A stretch of DNA of 64,000 nucleotides from the sequence record NC_041869.1. The stretch is one strand, 5' to 3'. A program made the position numbers and the translations under genes. This stretch comes from Escherichia phage APECc02. Position 1 is the first letter of the stretch; every line of letters begins with the position of its first letter. The notes under the pieces were generated by a model. It ran no database searches, had not been told where the DNA came from, and saw only the letters and a list, made by a program, of their open reading frames with translations. Shown here piece after piece: positions 54,638-64,000 of this stretch.

Positions 54638-55726
54638 TTAAAACTCCCAAATTTCTTCTTCAGCGTCGTTAACAGTTGTGTTGACGCGGTAGTCAGTGTT
54701 CGACATTTCTTGGTTCGCCGTCTGTTGCAATGAAGGTTTCATCCACACCTGCATAAACGGTAGCGGGTCCTTTGCTGGCGGCACAAAGTCTTTGTCGATG
54801 TCGTAGTAATCATAAATTGGTGAGCAGTTATAGTCAACCCACTCTTTAAGCAACGGTGAGTTAAGACCTATAATCGCTCTTCCTTCGCTGAAAATATAGT
54901 CACTCCAACCGTACTCTTTGGTTCGTACTTCATCAAGAATCTCTTTTAACTCCCCCTTTATCTCAAGGAAGCTTTTCTCCCATGCGGGATCATTAAGCAG
55001 GATATCAATGATGGCAAAATCACCTTTCGAATGTAGCATTTCGTCAAGCATGATTTTTTGAACAAGCTGCGCCACCTGAACAAAGATACCCTGTTCAGCT
55101 ACTGCGAAAGTGCATGCAAAACTTGCAATAAACTCAATACTTTCCAGAGCTAAAAGTGCAAAAAGCGCTCTAAGAATGCATTTCCGCACAACATCTTCTT
55201 CAACACTAGAAGGATCCAGTCGGTATTTTGCACCAATAACCTCTAGCTCTTGCATGTATTTGACAATAACACCGGATCTGCTCAGAACGTTTTGGTTTTC
55301 CTGAATCTCTTCTATAATCTCACGGGCATTGGGGAGGCATTGTCTAACAATCTCTGAGTAAGTTAGTGCGTGAAGAACTTCAATCTCCGACTGTTTCATC
55401 AATAGAGTGAAAAGCTCACTATTAGTGATGAACGGTGAAAAGAGGCAGATGATCGATCTTGCCGCAACGCTATCAGCCTCCCATTGCCACATCAAGGTCT
55501 GTACCATCACGTCATAAGTTGACTTTGAGCATGTTACAAAATCTGAAATAGATTGCGACAAATCCACTTCATCCTCTGCCCAATCTTGTTCTTTTTGTTT
55601 TTTGTATAGTTCAAACAGTTGTGGATATTTTTTGTTGATAGAGTCGTACATACCCATTTGCTGTCCTAAAAACAGCGGATAGTCACCAGTTTTATGAGCG
55701 GTGTTCTCAGCATTAAATACAGCCAT
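54638..55726 (-). CDS. nrdB: ribonucleotide reductase class I beta subunit
   Basis: 362 aa, ferritin-like; immediately downstream of nrdA. Confidence 0.75.
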   Translation of the reverse strand: MAVFNAENTAHKTGDYPLFLGQQMGMYDSINKKYPQLFELYKKQKEQDWAEDEVDLSQSISDFVTCSKSTYDVMVQTLMWQWEADSVAARSIICLFSPFITNSELFTLLMKQSEIEVLHALTYSEIVRQCLPNAREIIEEIQENQNVLSRSGVIVKYMQELEVIGAKYRLDPSSVEEDVVRKCILRALFALLALESIEFIASFACTFAVAEQGIFVQVAQLVQKIMLDEMLHSKGDFAIIDILLNDPAWEKSFLEIKGELKEILDEVRTKEYGWSDYIFSEGRAIIGLNSPLLKEWVDYNCSPIYDYYDIDKDFVPPAKDPLPFMQVWMKPSLQQTANQEMSNTDYRVNTTVNDAEEEIWEF

Positions 55727-55765
55727 TATTCTAACCTCTAAAATGGGGCCGAAGCCCCTTTAAAA

Positions 55766-58081
55766 TTATAGTGCACAACTTTCGCAATACGGATCTTCAA
55801 CTGAACTATCTGCAATCAAAGGATAGTTCTTTCTGGTTTCATCTTCAGCCTGTTTCTTGGCATGAAGTTCCTCTGCCAAGGAGTCACCAGCACCAACCCT
55901 AGAGTTTAAATAATACCATGTCTTCATCCCGAATTTAGTGGCACGGATAAGGTACCCTAGCTGCTCCTTCATTGAAATTTTACCATCTTTCAACTTGGTG
56001 TAGTCTATGTATAAATCCGCGCTGATTGCCTGACCTGTGAATTTTTGAATCACGGCATACATATCGATCATGTCGTTAGTATCAACGTCCCAAGCCGAAG
56101 TGTAATACTCTTTCAACTCATCATAGTCAGGAACGATAAACAGCACCTGCCCTTGTGGCGACTTTTTAAAGATAATGTGCTCACGGACAGGATAAACCCC
56201 GTTAGTGGTGTTTGTTGCCAGCGAAGAGCTTTCATTAGGCATATATGCTTCAAGAACGCTATTACGTAGCCCACCATTCTCAATGATTTCTTTACGTAAC
56301 CCTTCCCAATCCTGTTTAAGAGAAGGATCTTTCACCACGCTATCGACCTCTTTGTTATAGGTGTCGATTGGTAACCAACCTTCTGGATATTTTGTTTTAT
56401 GCATCCACTCGCAGACACCACGCTCTTTTGCCAACCGTAAACTTGCCTTATGCAAGCTGTAGCTGTGAAGTTCTGCAAGATCGTGAACGAGCTGTTTACT
56501 TTCAGGAGACCCGTAAGTAACCTTGTGGCTGGCAATAAAATGTGCAACATTGGTAAGGCCAACCCCGATGGATCTGCGTTTTTTAACTGTGCTTTCCATA
56601 TTTTCATACGGATATGTCATGATTTCCATAACATTGTCAATCATAAGCACCGTATAGTATGCAACATCCTCATACTCCTCTGGAGTAACCCTCCCAGCTA
56701 CAAGAGATGACAGGAAGCACAATGCAACCTCTCCATCATCAGCATCGTACTTGAAGATATTACGCATATCTGAATAGCCTTTTGTCGGGAGGGCTATTTC
56801 TGCACACAGGTTGCTTGAATAGATCACATCTTTAAAAGGTGTATGTCTATTCATCTCATCTGTCCAGTATACGTACAGCCTTCCCACCTCAGTGCGCTGC
56901 GTGATCAGTTCAACAGCAAGATCTCTAGCTCGGATCCATGTTTTAGGAATACTGTCATCTTTAGCAATACGATCAACCTCTGCATCAAACTCCTCCATAG
57001 ACATGGTGAAGATACCCTCATGCAGTTGAGGCGCGTGCTTATAAGAAACAAGCATCCAATCTAAATTCTTAGCCACACGGTTGATAAACGACCTATTAAT
57101 ACCGATGGAGTAGTCCATGGTGTTGATTCTTTTTGAAGCAACAGTCATAGGGTTTCTCAAACGGATTAGCTCATCAATCTGCGGGTCCAGTGCAAGGAAT
57201 GATACTGTTGCAGAACCACCACGTGATTGTTGTCTGTTCTCCTTAACCCCAGCATCAATACCTCGATAATATGGAATCTTACCCATGTGTTTAATAGTGT
57301 TACCACGAACACCATCGCCTGCAGATCTTGAGGATAAGTAGTAGCCGATACCTGCTTGATTAACCGTCATTGTGTACGCAACTTCACGTGCCACACCAAT
57401 AGATTTTGCTGTATCGTCAGCTTTTATTACACAACAAGATGCATACCCTGTCTTACCTGTGCGCAGCCCGTTTAAGTACGGTGTCGGGGCATTGATCTTT
57501 AAGTCGGACAGATACGTGTATAATTTTACAACATCGTTGATACGACGTTCTTTCGGCATATTCTTCATGACAGCCATTGCTATCCCCATAAACATCATCT
57601 GGGGAGATTCAAACAAGGTGTCTTTAAGAGTATCCTTGATCCCATATTTGTCGCGAAACTGTTTAAGGACTGCATAGCCATAACCGAGATCTTTACTGTG
57701 GTCAATAACAGCGTCTAAAGTGTTTAGCTCGGTAAAGCTATAGCCCATATCCTCCCAATACCCTTTCTCAACCATGGTATTGTAAAATGATGGTAAGGAA
57801 GGGATCTTTGTAAACCCTCCAAAAGCCTCTTTATAAATCTGACCAATAAGAACACGACCAGCCATACGGGAATGTGCTTCGTCTTTACGGCTAACACAGG
57901 AGTCTATGATAGCTTGGTTAACTTCTTTGGTTGTACATCCATCATACAGTCGTTTGTATGCATCCAGTGCAATGTGTGACCAATTGCCGTTACCGTCGTC
58001 ACCGAAAATAGCTGCCTTATTTAAACGTTCTGGATCGAATGCCACTTCACATCCGTTGCTTTTAATTACCTTGGTGATCAA
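55766..58081 (-). CDS. nrdA: ribonucleotide reductase class I alpha subunit
   Basis: 771 aa; active-site NLCAEIALPT; C-terminal Cys pair YCESCAL. Confidence 0.85.
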   Translation of the reverse strand: MITKVIKSNGCEVAFDPERLNKAAIFGDDGNGNWSHIALDAYKRLYDGCTTKEVNQAIIDSCVSRKDEAHSRMAGRVLIGQIYKEAFGGFTKIPSLPSFYNTMVEKGYWEDMGYSFTELNTLDAVIDHSKDLGYGYAVLKQFRDKYGIKDTLKDTLFESPQMMFMGIAMAVMKNMPKERRINDVVKLYTYLSDLKINAPTPYLNGLRTGKTGYASCCVIKADDTAKSIGVAREVAYTMTVNQAGIGYYLSSRSAGDGVRGNTIKHMGKIPYYRGIDAGVKENRQQSRGGSATVSFLALDPQIDELIRLRNPMTVASKRINTMDYSIGINRSFINRVAKNLDWMLVSYKHAPQLHEGIFTMSMEEFDAEVDRIAKDDSIPKTWIRARDLAVELITQRTEVGRLYVYWTDEMNRHTPFKDVIYSSNLCAEIALPTKGYSDMRNIFKYDADDGEVALCFLSSLVAGRVTPEEYEDVAYYTVLMIDNVMEIMTYPYENMESTVKKRRSIGVGLTNVAHFIASHKVTYGSPESKQLVHDLAELHSYSLHKASLRLAKERGVCEWMHKTKYPEGWLPIDTYNKEVDSVVKDPSLKQDWEGLRKEIIENGGLRNSVLEAYMPNESSSLATNTTNGVYPVREHIIFKKSPQGQVLFIVPDYDELKEYYTSAWDVDTNDMIDMYAVIQKFTGQAISADLYIDYTKLKDGKISMKEQLGYLIRATKFGMKTWYYLNSRVGAGDSLAEELHAKKQAEDETRKNYPLIADSSVEDPYCESCAL

Positions 58082-58308
58082 TTTGCTTCCTCCACTTCAT
58101 TAACGTATTTATCAAGGCAGGTATCAGTATCTTGCTGGATAAAGGTATCCTCTTCTACAGAGATATTTATAATTTTACCTGTATACTCGTCATAATAAAC
58201 ATCATCATACATTTTAATATCGTTTGTCAGGCCGTTGAACCAAAGCCAACCAACATATTCTGCCCGACTTGCAAAACCAAGATCCTTCCACTTGGAGTTA
58301 TGACTCAT
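58078..58308 (-). CDS. hypothetical protein
   Basis: ATG after GGTGGTGA; track ORF 58078..58386 trimmed. Confidence 0.45.
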   Translation of the reverse strand: MSHNSKWKDLGFASRAEYVGWLWFNGLTNDIKMYDDVYYDEYTGKIINISVEEDTFIQQDTDTCLDKYVNEVEEAN

Positions 58309-58318
58309 CTTCACCACC

Positions 58319-58792
58319 TTAGCTTTCAATACCGAATAATTTTTCCAGGCGATGCAGATCTTCAAAATTGAAAGGTTCATCAACAATATGAATATCTTCA
58401 GCCTTTTCAGATTGTTTTGTATACTTTCTTACATTAACACGATCCTCTACGGGGATATCATACGGGAGATCTTGAACAAGCATTGCCTCACCAGGTGCTT
58501 TATCTACATCTAAAATATCTACACCGTTATACATTTGTGGGTATCTAAAGTCTGCACGCATGACACCAGCAAATACATCTGCCTTTCGATAATGTGTTGG
58601 CTTATTTTTGCATCGAACGTTTTTTCCACGAAGAACATCAATACTTTTTAAATCAAACCCTACGGCAAAGAGTGCAGCTCGGAGACCGTTTCGTGTGCGA
58701 ACGTTAAACCCGGGGACGGTAGATAGAAAATCTAAAGTAACTGAAATAAATGTCTTTTTAGGAATCATAACATTACTCATATCTGTCTCCAT
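58319..58792 (-). CDS. hypothetical protein
   Basis: track ORF 58319..58819; start moved downstream of the predicted transcription start of the promoter at 58821-58849. Confidence 0.45.
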   Translation of the reverse strand: METDMSNVMIPKKTFISVTLDFLSTVPGFNVRTRNGLRAALFAVGFDLKSIDVLRGKNVRCKNKPTHYRKADVFAGVMRADFRYPQMYNGVDILDVDKAPGEAMLVQDLPYDIPVEDRVNVRKYTKQSEKAEDIHIVDEPFNFEDLHRLEKLFGIES

Positions 58793-58820
58793 TTCTGGCT
58801 CACCAACAAAGTGAGCCATT

Positions 58821-58849
58821 ATTATAGATTATCTAATACTATTAGTCAA
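58821..58849 (-). promoter_or_regulatory. consensus sigma70 promoter (minus strand) TTGACT-N17-TATAAT
   Basis: read on minus strand: -35 at 58849-58844, -10 at 58826-58821; lies between thyX stop and next gene. Confidence 0.65.
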
Positions 58850-58878
58850 CACAAAAGTTACCTATCGCTGTGATAGGA

Positions 58879-59862
58879 TTAACCTTTCACGAAGTGGTTA
58901 TTAAGCAGTTGTCTGTGCTGAACCCACCCACAAAAGTTGGCAGACCAGAATTTACCATCACGGTCTTGATGGGTTACACCTTCCTGCCAAGTACTGATGT
59001 CTTGTGTGATTTCACATGAAGACAGGTAGTAGTTTAAACGTTCCATTGCGTTATCGTGATCCATAGGTGTTGCCTGGTGCTCGTAAGGGCTTGCATGAAT
59101 ACGATCCCCACCAATCAATTTTTTAGCCACACTATCTGCCTTTTCAAACGTGCTGTCAATATTTCGATAAGATACTTGTGCACAGCAACTAGCACTGATA
59201 GACAGAGCTTCTTTAGTATCGAGAATGCAGAGCTTTCCTTCTGTGTCACGTACAGCGTAGTTAAACTCTCCGTCCAAATAAACGTGCTCTACATATGGGG
59301 TGTGCCATTGACCCGGTTTAAGGATTTCAGGAGTGCTATTCTCAAGAGCCTCCCACATACAACTAGCTAACATCTGAATCGTAGGATCCGCATCGTGCCA
59401 GCAACGGAGGTGGAAAAAATTATTCCACTCGGTGCTTGTTACAACTGTTTTCATGCGCTGGAACGGCTCCACTAAGCGGTTACATACTTGCTTATGGTAA
59501 CCAGCAAGGGCGAACTTCTCTGCATGCCAAGCGGCGTTTTTTGCAGCTTCTTTCCAAAACTCTTCAGGAGTTAGCTCCATGTCAGTGTACTCTACACGGA
59601 TCTTTTGATCGTGTTCCCCACCATCTTCCATTCCTCGCTTATTTACACCGAAGCGAACTGGCATTGCCGGATTCTCCACAATCTGTTGCAGCATCTTGCC
59701 GACAGGTACTGCACGGGAAGACATGGCGTTTCGGCTGAACACTCGGTGCGTCATAAGCTCTGAGTGAATAATTCGAGGATACTCTAGTTCAAAAGTGGTG
59801 ATACGCTTACCTTTCTCGGAAATGCTGTCAGCAATAATCTTTGCAGTGCACAGTTTTAGCAT
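58879..59862 (-). CDS. thyX: flavin-dependent thymidylate synthase
   Basis: ThyX signature HRVFSRNAMSSR (RHR...S.R). Confidence 0.8.
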   Translation of the reverse strand: MLKLCTAKIIADSISEKGKRITTFELEYPRIIHSELMTHRVFSRNAMSSRAVPVGKMLQQIVENPAMPVRFGVNKRGMEDGGEHDQKIRVEYTDMELTPEEFWKEAAKNAAWHAEKFALAGYHKQVCNRLVEPFQRMKTVVTSTEWNNFFHLRCWHDADPTIQMLASCMWEALENSTPEILKPGQWHTPYVEHVYLDGEFNYAVRDTEGKLCILDTKEALSISASCCAQVSYRNIDSTFEKADSVAKKLIGGDRIHASPYEHQATPMDHDNAMERLNYYLSSCEITQDISTWQEGVTHQDRDGKFWSANFCGWVQHRQLLNNHFVKG

Positions 59863-60062
59863 TATTTAGCTCTCCTTGTTTTAATTTTGGAAATTTCGTC
59901 TGGGTTTATGTTGGCCTTAAATGCAAGGTATCTGTTGAACATGTCAGAGCACATATCTTGGGTGATCCTAGAGGCATACACTAGCTTACCTCCTAGATCA
60001 TACACCTCTAGCCAGTCACCGTATCTGACTACAGGATCGCCACCTTTAGAACATCTGCCCAT
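59862..60062 (-). CDS. hypothetical protein
   Basis: 66-aa ORF. Confidence 0.45.
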   Translation of the reverse strand: MGRCSKGGDPVVRYGDWLEVYDLGGKLVYASRITQDMCSDMFNRYLAFKANINPDEISKIKTRRAK

Positions 60063-60063
60063 T

Positions 60064-60657
60064 TCAAATACCTTCTAAAAATTTTCCTATTTTATACCAG
60101 CTATTAGCGGTATAGTCAACACTGACCTTTAACTCCTCGAATTGCTCATAAGGCGTATCTTTTAGGATTTTAATAACTTCAGGTCGTGAAGCGAATTGGT
60201 TCAGGTATTCATGCCTGTCATCAATTATAACATCTACAGCCACATTTCCTTTGAAATGTGTGGCGTAGAATCCGTGGCCCTGGGTGTGATCGTCCAGATC
60301 CATAAAATCACTGGTCCAACGCTTTAAGAACCTTGATTTAGATGCAAGGTGACCTTTCTTGCATACCGAGATAAATGCAAGCTTGTGACCACGAGCCACC
60401 AAATCTTTCATAACCTCAATAGCCCCCTCTTCAGGCTTAAGGAAGTCGTAGAGGAACGGATCACTCCAGAAATCAAAAGGTCCTATGATGTTTTCTTTGG
60501 GACGATCAGGCCAATACTTTGACAGATCGTAATACATTAGCCCATTAGAAGGTTTAGCTACTGTCTTACTGGCTGGACCATACAAACGCTCCAACCACTC
60601 CCACCATGCTGTTCCTGAATCTACCAGTGTCAGATCTACATCAATTCCGATTAACAT
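60064..60657 (-). CDS. HAD-family 5'-(deoxy)nucleotidase
   Basis: HAD motif I DVDLT at residues 6-10; nucleotide-metabolism neighbourhood. Confidence 0.6.
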   Translation of the reverse strand: MLIGIDVDLTLVDSGTAWWEWLERLYGPASKTVAKPSNGLMYYDLSKYWPDRPKENIIGPFDFWSDPFLYDFLKPEEGAIEVMKDLVARGHKLAFISVCKKGHLASKSRFLKRWTSDFMDLDDHTQGHGFYATHFKGNVAVDVIIDDRHEYLNQFASRPEVIKILKDTPYEQFEELKVSVDYTANSWYKIGKFLEGI

Positions 60658-61265
60658 TCTTCTTGGGCCTCTTTAGCATCAATATACTTGCACACAATCT
60701 CCGATGCACACTCCCAAGGTGCACCTTCAGGGTTTACAACATCAAACTCAACCCCTTTTATTCCGTTCTTTTCCAGACTTAGATAGGTTCTGGAATCATT
60801 TCCCCAGTCATATCCTACACGGTGAATACGGAACAACAACAGATCTCCACCTGTGCTGTATGCGTACTCGCTAAGGCATGCCAGCTCCTCTTTGAATCCC
60901 CCATCGGAGTAAACAATAACCCCTTTACCTTCAGGGAAATCTTTCTTCAAAGATGCGACTGCGGCTTTACCGAAAGCATCTTCACCAAAGATAGGTTTAA
61001 TCAGATTTTCACTACAATGGATCATCCATTCTCGCGGAGAAACATGCTTGCCGTCTATCATTAAGAAAGGGCAAGGCTCTTCTTTGTAGTGACGGTCATA
61101 AAGTGCATTCCAGAGTTGAGGAGTTACACCAGCTGCCTTAATTGCCACACTGAAGAGCATTTCCTTAACCTCGCGGTGGTGTGAGTTAGGAATAGCTTCC
61201 AACAAGAGATCTGCAATGTGATCCTTACCACTGCTGGGTGGGGCGTTAAGAACAATAATATCCAT
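60651..61265 (-). CDS. deoxynucleoside monophosphate kinase
   Basis: P-loop NAPPSSGKD at N-terminus as in T4 gp1-type dNMP kinases. Confidence 0.65.
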   Translation of the reverse strand: MDIIVLNAPPSSGKDHIADLLLEAIPNSHHREVKEMLFSVAIKAAGVTPQLWNALYDRHYKEEPCPFLMIDGKHVSPREWMIHCSENLIKPIFGEDAFGKAAVASLKKDFPEGKGVIVYSDGGFKEELACLSEYAYSTGGDLLLFRIHRVGYDWGNDSRTYLSLEKNGIKGVEFDVVNPEGAPWECASEIVCKYIDAKEAQEEC

Positions 61266-61468
61266 TAAAAACCTCCGTGGTATTCTTCAACTGCATCAAT
61301 AATACTTTTACACTTATCTACCAGCTCGTTAGCCACTACAGAATCGTCTTCCCAAACAGCCTCCTCAATCTGATCAAGCAATGATCGCATCTTACTCATC
61401 ATTTCTGGGATAAAGTTTTCTGAAAAGCTGTCTGGAATTGTTAACTCTAGTGTCATTTCGGTCTCCAA
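61265..61468 (-). CDS. hypothetical acidic protein
   Basis: 67-aa ORF. Confidence 0.45.
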   Translation of the reverse strand: METEMTLELTIPDSFSENFIPEMMSKMRSLLDQIEEAVWEDDSVVANELVDKCKSIIDAVEEYHGGF

Positions 61469-61483
61469 TCATACTATGCGTTA

Positions 61484-61942
61484 TTAGAAGTTTGTTTTTA
61501 CACGTCCCTTCTCATCAACCTCGTTGTTAGCTAAAAGCGTTACAAAGTCTGTGAAACGAACATGAAGAACCCTTTTCTTATCAAGGTATCCTAAAGCCAC
61601 CCCTGAGAAATTTAGCATCAAAGGGGCTAAAGAAGCTCTGGCACTGAAATGCTGTTGTTCTACCCTTCCAACACCCTTAGTGTAGGATGGGTTAAGATTG
61701 TAAGTTCTGAATCCCAGTTTTGTTGGAGCTTTAGAATTAAAAACGACTTTATAGCGTTTCTTACTCAACTTATGCTCCAGGATAAGCATTCCCTTATCAC
61801 CTTTGATAAGTTGAAAATCTGTAAAGTGCTCTTTTAAGACGAAAGGTAGTGCCAGTCCCATCGCCTGTCCTCTTTGTACCGCTGTCTCACCAAAAGCTTT
61901 TGCATCAGTAAGTTCTTTGGTCAAGTCTATGCTTTTGATCAT
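61484..61942 (-). CDS. hypothetical protein
   Basis: 152-aa ORF; start may be downstream of track start (overlaps MTase end by 38 nt). Confidence 0.45.
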   Translation of the reverse strand: MIKSIDLTKELTDAKAFGETAVQRGQAMGLALPFVLKEHFTDFQLIKGDKGMLILEHKLSKKRYKVVFNSKAPTKLGFRTYNLNPSYTKGVGRVEQQHFSARASLAPLMLNFSGVALGYLDKKRVLHVRFTDFVTLLANNEVDEKGRVKTNF

Positions 61943-62753
61943 ACCTGGTCTCCAAAATGTATTGTAGTTCTTTCTTACCTATACTCTTCATTCCAGCAGT
62001 CTTACCTGCTTCTTCTTGAAAAGAAGAATAGCATTCAGCAAACACTCTGTCAACACCGTTAACTAAAGATTTTATGAAATATGTTGATTCTTCAGATTTT
62101 GGGTCATCATCCCCCAATACTTTTCCAGCATTATACCCAACACGTCTTACACAGAAGTCGTAGTCATCTGGTGTGCTAAAAGAAAATAACTTATTCTCTC
62201 CAATCTCTACAGGATCCCTATTGCACGCCTTTTTCTCCCAAATTTGGAAAACACATGGCACGTCATAAGGTTTGCCATTAAGTAAAAACGAATTCTTAGG
62301 GCACCTTTCGCTGTAGACAAGGTGCATCGACATGTCCAGTTTGTTTGCAAAAAATATTTTTTCAAATGTCCGTGGCAAGATGAAGGCTATAGCCCCTCCA
62401 AGCTCTAGCAATGATGCACAATGGTTAAAGAATTTGCAAGCTAAGGATGAATTCTTGCCAAATGGTGGGTTACCTATGAAGACATCTGCCTTGGGATGCA
62501 CCTCCAAGAAGTTTGCCTGAATGCACGGTGTTGGTCCTTCAAATTCAGGATCTGGTACTAAATCGTACGACAGTATCTCTGAAAATAGTTTTGAAAAAGA
62601 ACCCCTTCCAGCAGAAGGCTCAACGTATGCACAATTCCCATACTTATCTTTTACTTTACCAACAAGATATTCTGCATACTCAGGGTTTGTGTAGTATTTG
62701 TCGTTGGACTCTTTCTTGCTCAAAGTGCCTCCAAAAGGAAAAGGGAGGCGCAA
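61905..62753 (-). CDS. DNA N6-adenine methyltransferase, gamma-class
   Basis: motif I VEPSAGRGSF precedes motif IV GNPPFG. Confidence 0.7.
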   Translation of the reverse strand: MRLPFPFGGTLSKKESNDKYYTNPEYAEYLVGKVKDKYGNCAYVEPSAGRGSFSKLFSEILSYDLVPDPEFEGPTPCIQANFLEVHPKADVFIGNPPFGKNSSLACKFFNHCASLLELGGAIAFILPRTFEKIFFANKLDMSMHLVYSERCPKNSFLLNGKPYDVPCVFQIWEKKACNRDPVEIGENKLFSFSTPDDYDFCVRRVGYNAGKVLGDDDPKSEESTYFIKSLVNGVDRVFAECYSSFQEEAGKTAGMKSIGKKELQYILETRYDQKHRLDQRTY

Positions 62754-62768
62754 GCCTCCCTATAATTG

Positions 62769-63752
62769 TTAGATTATCTGAATCAGGGTATTTTTCATTT
62801 CTTCTCTGGTTCGGATGTTGTTACGGTCACGAACAACAGATCCACAACCTTCGCAGCGGTATGTTTTAAATGCACTCAGTTGAGTATACGCCAAAGCTTC
62901 TTCCTCGTGAAGGTGTTCTCCACCACAGCGTGGGCAACGAACTTTTGGCTCCTCATCCTGGTAGTACAATGACATGTTGGGGTGCTGCTTAGCAAACGGG
63001 CGAGCCAGCAAATACAGGCCTTCCAGAGATAGGATATCGCCAACATTGTACTCCCGCATCTGTTTAAACGCCTCAAGATCACCGTGAACACACTTGATCC
63101 ACATTTCAAATGTGTGGTCAATCAGTTTCTGTCGGGCAAGTTGGAAGTATTTGCATGCATACTCCAAAGTGTTTGCATTCAAACGGAATGCCTTCTTGAT
63201 CATTTTAAGGGTGTCAACCTCTTTGTAGGGGCTTGTTGGAGGCAATCCGTGAAATGCAAATCGTTGGTTGGCCCACCCACAGTCAAAACCTGAATTGTGG
63301 GCTACTGCGATATCACATTTATCCAGATAATACCACAAATCCTGAATCAATTCGAGATCATTGTGAATATCCTCATCCCACATTTTGTAATCAGGAAGAG
63401 CGCAGTCAACCACACTAGGACTGTCTAACCACTTACCTGCGAAAGTTAGCATGTAGGGCATAATTTCAATACCGCAGGTTTGAATGTTGGTCTTATAGTG
63501 CCCAAAGAACCAGCCGTTTGTTGGAGATGTCTCTGTATCATACACCCAAACTTTAGCACCTTTGTGCTCTTCAAGGAAACGCTCCGTTGCTTCTCCTACA
63601 ATCTCTGACATATTCTCTTGTGCACGTTTAAGCTGTAGTCGGATCCAGCTCTCACGTGACTCACGGCCTAAAAATTCACGAGCAATTTGTCTATTAGTGT
63701 ATCCCTGTTGCTTTAGTGTTAAAATTTGCTCAAGAGTTAACTTTGTCATCAT
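62769..63752 (-). CDS. DnaQ-like (DEDD) 3'-5' exonuclease with N-terminal HTH and C-terminal zinc ribbon
   Basis: HTH-like YTNRQIAREF; Exo I VYDTETS, Exo II VAHNSGFDCGW, Exo III-like HGDLEAF; CPRCGG...CEGCG. Confidence 0.6.
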   Translation of the reverse strand: MMTKLTLEQILTLKQQGYTNRQIAREFLGRESRESWIRLQLKRAQENMSEIVGEATERFLEEHKGAKVWVYDTETSPTNGWFFGHYKTNIQTCGIEIMPYMLTFAGKWLDSPSVVDCALPDYKMWDEDIHNDLELIQDLWYYLDKCDIAVAHNSGFDCGWANQRFAFHGLPPTSPYKEVDTLKMIKKAFRLNANTLEYACKYFQLARQKLIDHTFEMWIKCVHGDLEAFKQMREYNVGDILSLEGLYLLARPFAKQHPNMSLYYQDEEPKVRCPRCGGEHLHEEEALAYTQLSAFKTYRCEGCGSVVRDRNNIRTREEMKNTLIQII

Positions 63753-63764
63753 CGTTAAGATTCC

Positions 63765-63986
63765 TTAGTAAAACTGAAGAATGTCTTTTAAAGCGAAGTC
63801 ACGATATTCGCCCTTGTCTACATCGAAGGCACGCATCAACCACTGCTCTTCTTTATGATACTCTGTAGAGCCAAACCATAAATTAGGCTCAGTAACGCAG
63901 CGATCTGCAACAACACCTTTCCAGTTACGGTATTTCATCCTGATCAGGACTGAGTCGCAAGGATTGAATACCTTTTTCATCCCCAT
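63765..63986 (-). CDS. hypothetical protein
   Basis: 73-aa ORF near window edge. Confidence 0.45.
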   Translation of the reverse strand: MGMKKVFNPCDSVLIRMKYRNWKGVVADRCVTEPNLWFGSTEYHKEEQWLMRAFDVDKGEYRDFALKDILQFY

Positions 63987-64000
63987 AGAAATCTCTCTCC

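Noticed and set aside
36317-63418. Plus-strand ORFs inside the minus-strand block (for example 41518..41853, 48729..49019, 53989..54252, 56450..56710)
   Set aside because: They lie antisense to genes with clear homology (HPF, ClpP, nrdD, nrdA) or to the co-directional minus-strand array, and have no RBS or promoter context.
1-64000. tRNA genes, as expected in some large virulent phages
   Set aside because: I looked for T-loop/D-loop signatures (GGTTCGAATCC-like, TAGCTCAG-like) in intergenic and repeat regions and found none. No cloverleaf-sized candidates were evident, but a covariance-model scan was not possible.
1-64000. Integrase, attachment sites or flanking host genes indicating a prophage
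   Set aside because: None seen. The gene content (RNR, ThyX, PolA, primase-helicase, early arrays) fits a lytic phage segment.

Overview
This 64-kb window is a segment of a virulent dsDNA phage genome; I found no host genes, rRNA, tRNA or CRISPR by eye. It has two convergent blocks. Plus strand, 1 to 33.4 kb: a replication and DNA-modification module (SleB-like hydrolase, MORC/Hsp90-like GHKL ATPase, Dda-like SF1B helicase, beta-class DNA amino-MTase, C5-MTase, gp4-like primase-helicase, family-A DNA polymerase split by a group I intron carrying an HNH endonuclease, SSB-like protein, macro-domain protein), then about 35 small early genes, most with their own sigma70-like promoter, 5' stem-loop, CA-rich leader and SD. 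33.4 to 36.0 kb: an ORF-poor, repeat-rich region (iterons, inverted and direct repeats). Minus strand, 36 to 64 kb: about 35 small, mostly acidic proteins including paralog families and an HPF/RaiA-like ribosome hibernation factor, then T1-Dam-like MTase, ClpP-like protease, PhoH, NrdG, NrdD, glutaredoxin, NrdB, NrdA, ThyX, HAD nucleotidase, dNMP kinase, gamma-class N6A-MTase and a DnaQ-like exonuclease. The best candidates for something new are the GHKL-ATPase/helicase/MTase operon, the phage HPF, the acidic paralog array and the repeat-rich noncoding locus. All calls are from reading motifs in the sequence; no database search was run. Regulatory-element coordinates may be off by a few bases.
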